Source of the DNA: an uncultured Flavobacteriaceae bacterium
GTDB lineage: Bacteria; Bacteroidota; Bacteroidia; Flavobacteriales; Flavobacteriaceae
Length of the DNA: 35,103 nucleotides
Assembly (NCBI GenBank): GCA_964589085.1
Contig: CAZPTJ010000002.1
Coordinates: 1 to 35,103 of the forward strand
Reading direction: 5' to 3'
Under the pieces are notes generated by a model. That model searched no databases. It worked only from the letters and a program-made list of their open reading frames with translations, and was not told the origin of the DNA. The position numbers and the translations under genes were made by a program. Shown in pieces: positions 28,801 through 35,103 of this stretch; position 1 is the stretch's first letter, and every line of letters starts with the position of its first letter.

Positions 28801-30586
28801 TCCTGCAGATTTAAGGACAAATGAGATAGAGTATACACTCGGGCAGTATTTGACTGTAAGACAACGATCGTATTACAAGCAGATTATATCGTATGTAGAA
28901 AGCTATATGAGCACTTCCCTTTCCGCTAAGGAATCAAAAAAGTTGAACGTATTTTTCTTGCAATTAGCTGTCATTCACTTAAACAAAGGAGATATACGCT
29001 ATTGGAAGTTGAAAGAATGGAGTCAATTATTGTGGTATAGTGTTAAAACAACATTTGGTGAGAAAAAGGGTCAAGCTATTTTAAAACAAGCAAAGGAAAG
29101 AGAAGCTATATATAAACGCAATCAAAAACTGACCTTACAATTACAACAGCTAGTTAACAGCAAAGAAGAGATCCAGTACATAAAGAAATCACCCAGTGTT
29201 GAAAAAACGAGAGTACAGCTGGCAGAAGAGACCATCGAACAGCAATTAACTTCAAACCAAAAATTCTATTACAGACAGACATTAGATCACCTACAATTAT
29301 ATGCCTACTTCCTTTCAATTAAGGAGATAAAGGCTATTAAAGAAGATTTTCTATTTCGCTTAGGCAAAATTGTACAATCCAATGCGGTGCAGACCTGGAG
29401 TATTAAAGAATGGGCAAAACTGTTAGTAGACAGCATACATCAGGTCATTGAGGCACAAAAAAATAAAGACATCATATCAGCAATTAAAAAAGATAGAAAA
29501 ACACACGAAATATATACAAATCAACTGAGGGAATTAGTTACAGGAAATCCGGATTATAAAATAACAAAGGTGATTGTTGAATCGCAAGATGTAATTGAAG
29601 AGGCATCAGAAGATATAACGGCGACAAGTATAGACCAGATCCATAAAAAGATTGTACAAAAGATAACAACAACTCAGCTTTCATTCTATAAAAAGACCAT
29701 ACACTTTATAGACACCTATGCATCCTATATATCGCTTAAAGACTATAAAGATTTAAAAGAATTAATATTAAAATACATTGCAATCGTACTTCAAAAAAAC
29801 ACCTTGCGTGTATGGAAATGGGAGGATTGGATAGAAAACATATTTTATTTTAGTCACCAGGTTTTAGGAGACAAAAAATATCGAAGAAGTATGGAACGCT
29901 TTCGCGAAAGCATACAAAACCAGACTGGAGGCACAACTACAATCAACCTTCGATTCTTTAATCAACTTCATAAAATTGCCACAAAAGAACCTCAAGGAAT
30001 ATTAAAACAAACCAAAAAAAATATGGACGAATCGGAAGAAGATTATAAAAAGCTTGGAGCAGAAGTCCCCCACGAGTTTATTGATCCTATTTTTATCACA
30101 AATGCAGGTGTAATTATTCTGGCACCTTATCTGGCCATGTTATTTCAAAAATGTGGATTGATGGAGAACTCCAAGTTTATTGATCTGACAAGTGTACATA
30201 AAGCCGTATATGTCCTGAGTTATGCCGTTACCGGAGATATAGAGCAAACAGAACATGAAATGGTAATGTATAAAGTGCTCTGTGGCTTACCCATCAATGC
30301 ACCACTGTTGGGAACAATACAATTGGAAGATTCAGAAAAAAGTATTGTTGAGGGATTACTTACCGCAGTTATTCAACACTGGACAATTTTAGGAGATACA
30401 ACTATGGACGGATTACGAACATCCTTTTTACAACGAGAGGGAAAACTTGAGGAAGAAGAGGAACGTTTTTTTCTAAAAATAGAGAACAAGTCTTATGATA
30501 TGTTACTGGATCAAATTCCCTGGAATATATCCAAGATAAGTTTGAGTTGGATGTATAAATTAATGAATGTAGAATGGAGACCATAG
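25883..30586 (+). CDS. Contractile injection system tape measure protein (Afp14-like), 1567 aa
   Basis: N-terminal HII...IELDLG and C-terminal ITNAGVIILAPYL...KVLCGL...HW..LG.T..DGLR.SFLQREG...D.LLDQIPW domains; helical core. Confidence 0.9.
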   Translation: MIDTTHIIQAQEYQIDLQDEQEAYALQSNISSLQESQINEVLNRVLNAHNNEEAIYQFDVIELDLGTVSKVNYKNEIVYRLEEELAKYLSYAIRENGQLRSGKNISLQDKRIEALAHFFEKGRFEWNTDRHIAPEKLLEELLQTPTTALSVMLKRVGKTQQARKRMIYQLNDTLLTQIIVLVAKKEGEYIIAYKDEIIEQQRKKPIVKTTQSGFKNAVWEILLAYLFVDSKGYYDKKNFLSLLIKKVAVKYNLAFQSLIKTLSRTITQDKKFSSQHIEFKSILIELTQEDRAQRMEKPIRPELEKEDINKFLKQLSYYIAYGVFDTTVEIRSKRAFNAHFLKILKRKDAQVLFYLDQWLADYSKKERLLGIASKTVLEQILETTNNIAVKSCKKFMTSIAKHSATFSDNTLIIYDQIKQQSVPLIFSIVLSPLVLERVIVQSLLKIIWHAVRTSPEAYIQFLQEIRKHLSPIHKKTLDQFVKTFDQHRETVVLEQISNEIQRYTQYRNRSFWSSWLEDKMPLWIAQTKKTPEELLAFIQSDSKTKNASIALQQFLRDDKEFETTNKIVQNDAIAVLPEKENVEQGSQTLVEYVLTHGKFPWWIKEHYSWSSFNADYTEIWKSPSGRKKILNILEKNIDQISYARLLEDYNLFELWKELDVSTGKNHSGLLIALSQYIIEQLLPIGISTTFKYYQYKERALKYLMKGTFTKKPEVIFQFLKAWSDDTQVYKEIAVFELYTAILEKYLLATGVYDQFKIWKDTISDKQGIVIPSRQTTLEAYIQAHIPVEKHNLPIWDQLQERIKVSPRQFETLIQQATFRTSIGTTLSLTDIEQLIFMQINVQQQKLYKEALQHLGEYRAYISAQEYAKAMEIFNELLLLKLSTKKINRWGLSHWNHVIFYVLNKAVGTQKNKRIINKICERLTIDSKTSHKTNQNIVGQWQGWTTKNIKASEPQEKESVVKEFSNPILQIVEPPADLRTNEIEYTLGQYLTVRQRSYYKQIISYVESYMSTSLSAKESKKLNVFFLQLAVIHLNKGDIRYWKLKEWSQLLWYSVKTTFGEKKGQAILKQAKEREAIYKRNQKLTLQLQQLVNSKEEIQYIKKSPSVEKTRVQLAEETIEQQLTSNQKFYYRQTLDHLQLYAYFLSIKEIKAIKEDFLFRLGKIVQSNAVQTWSIKEWAKLLVDSIHQVIEAQKNKDIISAIKKDRKTHEIYTNQLRELVTGNPDYKITKVIVESQDVIEEASEDITATSIDQIHKKIVQKITTTQLSFYKKTIHFIDTYASYISLKDYKDLKELILKYIAIVLQKNTLRVWKWEDWIENIFYFSHQVLGDKKYRRSMERFRESIQNQTGGTTTINLRFFNQLHKIATKEPQGILKQTKKNMDESEEDYKKLGAEVPHEFIDPIFITNAGVIILAPYLAMLFQKCGLMENSKFIDLTSVHKAVYVLSYAVTGDIEQTEHEMVMYKVLCGLPINAPLLGTIQLEDSEKSIVEGLLTAVIQHWTILGDTTMDGLRTSFLQREGKLEEEEERFFLKIENKSYDMLLDQIPWNISKISLSWMYKLMNVEWRP
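29898..29911. repeat. REP-like palindrome core inside the tape measure CDS
   Basis: GCTTTCGCGAAAGC, read in frame within ERFRESI. Confidence 0.7.
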
Positions 30587-31911
30587 ATAAGATAGCAGTT
30601 ACCGTTCGCAAAGAAATACAATGGTTCGAAAAAGTCGTAAATACCGCCTTGAGTCTCTATTTCCGAAACGAAACCCTGCAGACCTCTGTACTGGAACATA
30701 CACCTCCTGATGTAACTATAGATGATTCGATATATGCCAATTTAATAAAGGAATACCAACTAAATTTTGAAGAGCGATTGGTACTCATCATGGCATTGCT
30801 TCCCTATGTAAAACCACAGGCACTGGACATTTTCTTAATTAAGAATCAAAGCCTCAATAATGAATTTGCCGAGTTTGGCGGAATTAAAGATCCAGGGAGA
30901 TCAGGCTTTATACCTAGCCTGGAAACTGCAATTTTTATACGCACGGGACAGGAAATGGGCGCGCGTTTACAATTTTTAAAACGTTTTGATAAAGATAATA
31001 TCCTATTTAAGCAAGGAATTTTGGAATTTGATGGAAGTCAAAGCTTTGATTTACATCAGAAATTAATACTGTCTGATGAGTACCTGGGACTCCTAACGAC
31101 AGGTATCATGAGACTACCACAGTATAGTTCTAAGTTTCCGGCAAAAGAAATTAATACAAGCCTGTCCTGGGAAGATCTTATTGTAGATGAGCAAGTGGCA
31201 GAAGATCTATTGGAAATTAAGGACTGGTTGATTCATAGCGATCGCATTCTGAACGAATGGCAACTCCAGAAAAATTTAAAAAATGGATATCGAGTATTGT
31301 TTTATGGATCTCCGGGTACTGGAAAAACTTTTGCTGCAACCCTTTTGGGTAAAGAGACAAACAGACCCGTTTTTCGTGTAGACCTCTCCCTTGTGGTGTC
31401 CAAGTATATAGGAGAAACCGAGAAAAACTTAGGAAAGCTTTTTGACGAAGCAGAACATAAGCAGTGGATATTATTCTTTGATGAAGCCGATGCTCTTTTC
31501 GGAAAAAGAACCCAAACCAAAAGTTCAAACGATCGACACGCAAATCAGGAAGTTGCCTATCTATTGCAGCGCATTGAGAACTTTTCAGGCCTAGTCATTC
31601 TGGCCACAAATCTGCAAACTAATATTGACGAAGCCTTTTCTCGAAGATTTCAAAGTATGGTTCATTTTTCAAAACCAAATAAGAAACAACGTAAGCTACT
31701 CTGGGAAAGGCTTTTTGATTCCTTTGATATGGAAGAAAAAATTGACTTTACCGATCTGGCGGATAAATACGAACTTTCCGGAGGTGCTATGATTAATGTG
31801 CTCCGGTTTTGTGCATTAAACGCAGCAAGGAGAAACGAAAAGAAAATAGAACTCAAAGATATGTTAAAAGGTATTCAAAGAGAATACCGTAAGTCTAATA
31901 AAACACTATAG
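30574..31911 (+). CDS. AAA+ ATPase (Afp15/Pvc15-like)
   Basis: GSPGTGKT, VVSKYIGETEKNL, LFFDEADALFGKRT, NQEVAYLLQRIE, IDEAFSRR. Confidence 0.96.
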   Translation: METIDKIAVTVRKEIQWFEKVVNTALSLYFRNETLQTSVLEHTPPDVTIDDSIYANLIKEYQLNFEERLVLIMALLPYVKPQALDIFLIKNQSLNNEFAEFGGIKDPGRSGFIPSLETAIFIRTGQEMGARLQFLKRFDKDNILFKQGILEFDGSQSFDLHQKLILSDEYLGLLTTGIMRLPQYSSKFPAKEINTSLSWEDLIVDEQVAEDLLEIKDWLIHSDRILNEWQLQKNLKNGYRVLFYGSPGTGKTFAATLLGKETNRPVFRVDLSLVVSKYIGETEKNLGKLFDEAEHKQWILFFDEADALFGKRTQTKSSNDRHANQEVAYLLQRIENFSGLVILATNLQTNIDEAFSRRFQSMVHFSKPNKKQRKLLWERLFDSFDMEEKIDFTDLADKYELSGGAMINVLRFCALNAARRNEKKIELKDMLKGIQREYRKSNKTL

Positions 31912-31913
31912 TT

Positions 31914-32321
31914 ATGCCACAGCAAGTATGTATGGGAGCCATGATGAGCTGTTCTTTTGGAACAGCACCGTCCTCCTTAATTGTCCTACCCGAGAATAAA
32001 GTAATGACCAGTAATATGCCGGCAGCAAACATTATGGATAATGCTCCTTTGGTAAATATTCCTCCTTTTGCCATGTGTTCTTCCATAGCAAATCCTACCG
32101 TTGCTAGTGCAACTGCTACCGCAACGGCAGCAGCTTTAGGCGTATTTACACTTACCCCTATGCCTTGTATTCCCGTAACACCCGCTCCTTGGACACCAGG
32201 AAGTACAACCGTGATGCTGGCCAATATGCCAGCATTGAATAATACCTGTACACTCAACTGTATATGGGGAGGTGCAATTACCTTTTCGCAACCCGGTCAA
32301 ACTACCGTGCAGATTCCTTAA
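31914..32321 (+). CDS. DUF4280 PAAR-like spike tip protein
   Basis: VCMGAMMSCSFG..PS, NIPPFAMC, PMPCIP...PW, LNCIWGG.I Cys pattern. Confidence 0.9.
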   Translation: MPQQVCMGAMMSCSFGTAPSSLIVLPENKVMTSNMPAANIMDNAPLVNIPPFAMCSSIANPTVASATATATAAALGVFTLTPMPCIPVTPAPWTPGSTTVMLANMPALNNTCTLNCIWGGAITFSQPGQTTVQIP

Positions 32322-32345
32322 TTGAGGTACGCAATCAACATTGTA

Positions 32346-33656
32346 TTAGTTAGCCAGTTGATCATCTCCTCGATCTCCACCTTGATAATGAACACCCTCT
32401 GCGCCAGTATGTTTCTGTAGCCAAGCGGCCTTTAAAGGATGAACTAGAAAATCAGGAACAGCAGCTCCGGCAGGAATCATATTATGAGCAACCAAACGTG
32501 CTTGTATTTGAGCAGAACGAGCAGCTATATCCAATTTTCCAGCAGCACTTGAGATGGCATATACGGAGCCATAAGCCGCTTTCCACCCCGTTCGATCTAA
32601 TTGAGTTACAGGTAAACTATATGCGAGATTCATTGGGATATAATACATATCATGATGTGCTTGAGATGCATGTAATTCGTCAATCAAACGATTGATTCTT
32701 CCGGTACGTGCATATTCTTCGAGTTCGGCAACAGAACCTATAATAACTTCGCCCAGCATTGTCGTATAATTTACAATTGTTTTTACAGCATTAGTGAGAT
32801 GAAGTAATTCTATAAATGTAGGTTGTGCAGGCAATACATGACCTCCCAGGCCTACTCCTCCAAGATCGGCTAGTTGGCTTATTTCATTTTGAGGCCGTGC
32901 CGTGGCCACAAGTTGATTTAAGGAAGCAAAACTATTAACTTGTGGTAAAGCTGCCAAAGCAATAATATGAGCATCAGGTCGAGCTTGATTATGTAGTTGT
33001 ACCAGTTGTTGTATCGTATTTATTTGTCCCAAGGTCGCAAGATTTGTCAATTCTAAATCACTCATAGCAGCTGCGGCTCCTATATTTGTCAGGTCAGCAG
33101 TGACTCCATGTGCCGCAAGTGTATCCAGCCTTATAACTAAAGGTCGCTCAAGTAATGCAGCAGTTCTTAAGTTGTTTACGGCTGTTAATCTCGGATTAGT
33201 CGGATCTGTAGCTTTACTGGCACGATAGATATTTATTGCAGTCAATAAATTACCAAGTTGTGCCAGTTTATTGCCCTGGACAGCAAGATGATAATTGTCA
33301 AGAGCTGTGTCAATCGCATCTACAGTTTTTCTTGGTTTAAATAAAGAGCCTGGAGTTTGCGTTCGAAAAGTATCGGAGTTGATAATTGCCTGAATAATGT
33401 CTTCACTAATCTGATTATTGGTTTTTGACAAATGGGGCTTTTTCTGTAGGACATCTCTATTGGATATATTATTACCTATTTGACGGAACTCATTTTCCGA
33501 GTTATGAGCGTTAGCCATTTCCTGCAACTGTAATTGCATGGTAGTTTCCAGTCTATTATCGGCAAAAGAAAACTGCTGTCCAGTTTTGGGAATAACGGTG
33601 TCTTTGATCTCAGTAGTAGATACAGGTGCTTTTGATATTTTTTTATGGATAGGCAT
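32346..33656 (-). CDS. Candidate eCIS effector: shared leader, MLD-like helical domain, 28-aa repeats, unknown C-terminus
   Basis: 436-aa ORF; polar N-terminus with FADNR...QLQLQEMAN shared with the DUF4157 neighbour; directly beside the eCIS operon. Confidence 0.7.
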   Translation of the reverse strand: MPIHKKISKAPVSTTEIKDTVIPKTGQQFSFADNRLETTMQLQLQEMANAHNSENEFRQIGNNISNRDVLQKKPHLSKTNNQISEDIIQAIINSDTFRTQTPGSLFKPRKTVDAIDTALDNYHLAVQGNKLAQLGNLLTAINIYRASKATDPTNPRLTAVNNLRTAALLERPLVIRLDTLAAHGVTADLTNIGAAAAMSDLELTNLATLGQINTIQQLVQLHNQARPDAHIIALAALPQVNSFASLNQLVATARPQNEISQLADLGGVGLGGHVLPAQPTFIELLHLTNAVKTIVNYTTMLGEVIIGSVAELEEYARTGRINRLIDELHASQAHHDMYYIPMNLAYSLPVTQLDRTGWKAAYGSVYAISSAAGKLDIAARSAQIQARLVAHNMIPAGAAVPDFLVHPLKAAWLQKHTGAEGVHYQGGDRGDDQLAN

Positions 33657-33715
33657 ATATTATCTGCTATCAATATGGTTGTTAAATTAAACCTCCATAA
33701 ATATTCGGTGATTAG

Positions 33716-34522
33716 TTATTTCTTAATGCCGTAAGTGTCTTGGGAAGTTAGTACTATACCTGTTGCATCTTTTGGAATTTCACCATACTTTTTAAGATAT
33801 TTAATAATAGTATCCGAATAATCAACAAACCCTTTTGGGTGACTATTTGTCTTAGCAATAATGTCTGACCCTTTACCTGTTTGTTTAAAAGAGAAAGTTT
33901 GTTTTTTCTTTTTATTGTCAATGTAGGTTCCACTTGCCGATTTTAATGCAATATCCGTTTGCTGTCGTTGTACTACACGTTGTACAGTCTGTGACGATAG
34001 CTCGTTCGTGTTTTTTGTAGTCTTTGATTTCATTTGTACAGAAGCTGCTTTAGCTCCCATAACATCTGCTTCTTTTTCTAAAGCAGGATTGTCATTTACT
34101 TTTTGACCGTTTACCGTAGTGGTGGGCTGTACACGTCCCTGTTTTTGTTGTGCTGTATGCCAGGCCTCATGGGGTAAATGCTTTTCTTGTCCCGGTGCCA
34201 GATGAATATTGGAGCCTTGCGCATACGCATGCGCATTTAATTGCGAAGGCTTGGACGAATTATAATGTACTTTTACATCATCCATCGCATGACCGGAGAG
34301 CTGCTCGATCCCCGATTTTAATTGATCAGGTAGACCCGTTTTATTTGCTTTTTGTTGAATAGTGGTCTTGTTGATTGTATAATCATTTGCTGCCTCTTGT
34401 AATTTTAACTGTGCAGCTGCCGCTTCGCGATTATCGGTAAATGCTTTACGAGATACCGTAGATGCCTGCTTGGAAGAAGTGGCTTTTGATGGAGTTTGTT
34501 TTTTTTCTGCGTGATCTTTCAT
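33716..34522 (-). CDS. DUF4157 (eCIS core domain) protein, candidate cargo
   Basis: NKTGLPDQLKSGIEQLSG..MDDVKVHYNS..P..LNAHAYAQG..IHLAPGQEKHLPHEAWH..QQKQGRV...LEKEADVMG. ATG 34522 preferred over the track's alternative start at 34537. Confidence 0.92.
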   Translation of the reverse strand: MKDHAEKKQTPSKATSSKQASTVSRKAFTDNREAAAAQLKLQEAANDYTINKTTIQQKANKTGLPDQLKSGIEQLSGHAMDDVKVHYNSSKPSQLNAHAYAQGSNIHLAPGQEKHLPHEAWHTAQQKQGRVQPTTTVNGQKVNDNPALEKEADVMGAKAASVQMKSKTTKNTNELSSQTVQRVVQRQQTDIALKSASGTYIDNKKKKQTFSFKQTGKGSDIIAKTNSHPKGFVDYSDTIIKYLKKYGEIPKDATGIVLTSQDTYGIKK

Positions 34523-34580
34523 AGGATGTGACTTCAAAAAATGATACTAACTAAGAAAGTCAAGATAAACACTATTTACA

Positions 34581-34597
34581 AGGTATAACTACGTATT
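34581..34597. promoter_or_regulatory. Box matching the eCIS operon upstream motif
   Basis: aggtataactacgtatt versus aggtataagtacgcatt (8663-8679), 15/17 identical. Confidence 0.45.
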
Positions 34598-34730
34598 AAT
34601 ACCTGTTTTGAGTACAGCATAAATTGCTAAATTCATAGAAAAACTGTGGGACTCTCCATGGCTTTATTTAAAATTTAAATAATGCTCTTTGTTGTAACTT
34701 TATTATTTTAGGACTTCTATAAAAAAGAAA

Positions 34731-35103
34731 ATGAGTGTATTCAAAAAAATTGATCAAGTTCTGGCAGCTTTTGGTAATGTAAGAGCTATGGAACGACTTC
34801 ATGTAGATACTTTTACAGAAGATAAGATGACTCATATTAAAGGTGAGAAATTAGGAGAATCTGTGGATGGCCAAGTTTTCATAACTTTTGGTGAATTGCA
34901 GGGGTTTCAATTTATGAATGTCATTCTACTTAGTCATACAAACATTAAAACATTTAGAGGAGCGACTTTATCCTTTATTGCAGATATAAAAAGTTTTGAA
35001 TTACCATCAGATACAAAGGAAATAGAATCTGATTTTTCAAATGTTTCTAATCGCTGGATGACAGAAATTGTTTTTAATGTGGAAGCTACGGATATTGAAA
35101 ATA
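34731..35103 (+). CDS. Hypothetical protein, 3'-truncated by the window end
   Basis: Not in the ORF track. Open frame from ATG 34731 after an A-rich leader: MSVFKKIDQVLAAFGNVRAMERLHVD...SDTKEIESDFSNVSNRWMTEI..., with no stop before the window ends. Confidence 0.8.
   Translation, partial: MSVFKKIDQVLAAFGNVRAMERLHVDTFTEDKMTHIKGEKLGESVDGQVFITFGELQGFQFMNVILLSHTNIKTFRGATLSFIADIKSFELPSDTKEIESDFSNVSNRWMTEIVFNVEATDIEN

Noticed and set aside
11020-32321. Prophage or type VI secretion system
   Set aside because: No capsid, portal, terminase or integrase, and no TssB/TssC pair, ClpV or recognisable T6SS membrane complex; the gene set and order match eCIS.
32322-32345. Terminator between the convergent DUF4280 and effector genes
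   Set aside because: No convincing stem-loop in the 24-nt gap.
33476-33716. Read-through or frameshift fusion of the DUF4157 gene with the 436-aa gene
   Set aside because: The 436-aa gene has its own ATG and its own copy of the leader; reading through the stop enters a different frame with no recognisable protein.
805-34362. Many short antisense or nested ORFs in the track (e.g. 805-1020, 2153-2413, 17622-18023, 31217-31543, 31895-32257, 34150-34362)
   Set aside because: They lie within well-supported genes on the opposite strand or another frame and show no recognisable motifs; treated as shadow ORFs.

Overview
AT-rich Bacteroidota DNA, most likely Flavobacteriaceae (inferred from protein types and a GCTTTCGCGAAAGC palindrome). 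It has three parts. (1) 1-7.3 kb: IS/MITE-like end remnants and a probable metal-uptake cassette (a CxxC/RGPP leader ORF, a 23-bp palindromic operator, an ABC ATPase, a TonB-dependent receptor and two DUF3526-type permeases). The cassette lies between an intact ssb and a 73-bp diverged ssb fragment, which suggests insertion into ssb. (2) 7.5-8.5 kb: one secreted DUF6807/PF14100-like protein. (3) 8.8-34.5 kb: an apparently complete extracellular contractile injection system (eCIS; Afp/PVC/AlgoCIS type). It encodes a cap, a candidate cap adaptor, sheath, two tubes, a plug missed by the ORF track, LysM initiator, VgrG-like spike, gp25, two baseplate wedges, a short fibre, a very long repeat-containing tape measure, an AAA+ ATPase and a DUF4280 tip. 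The operon is headed by a translationally coupled membrane-anchored GH18 hydrolase and a small 2-TM protein. It is followed by two convergent candidate cargo genes that share an N-terminal FxDNR...QLxLQExAN leader; one of them carries a toxin-type membrane-localization-like helical domain. All family calls come from motif recognition by eye, not from database searches.
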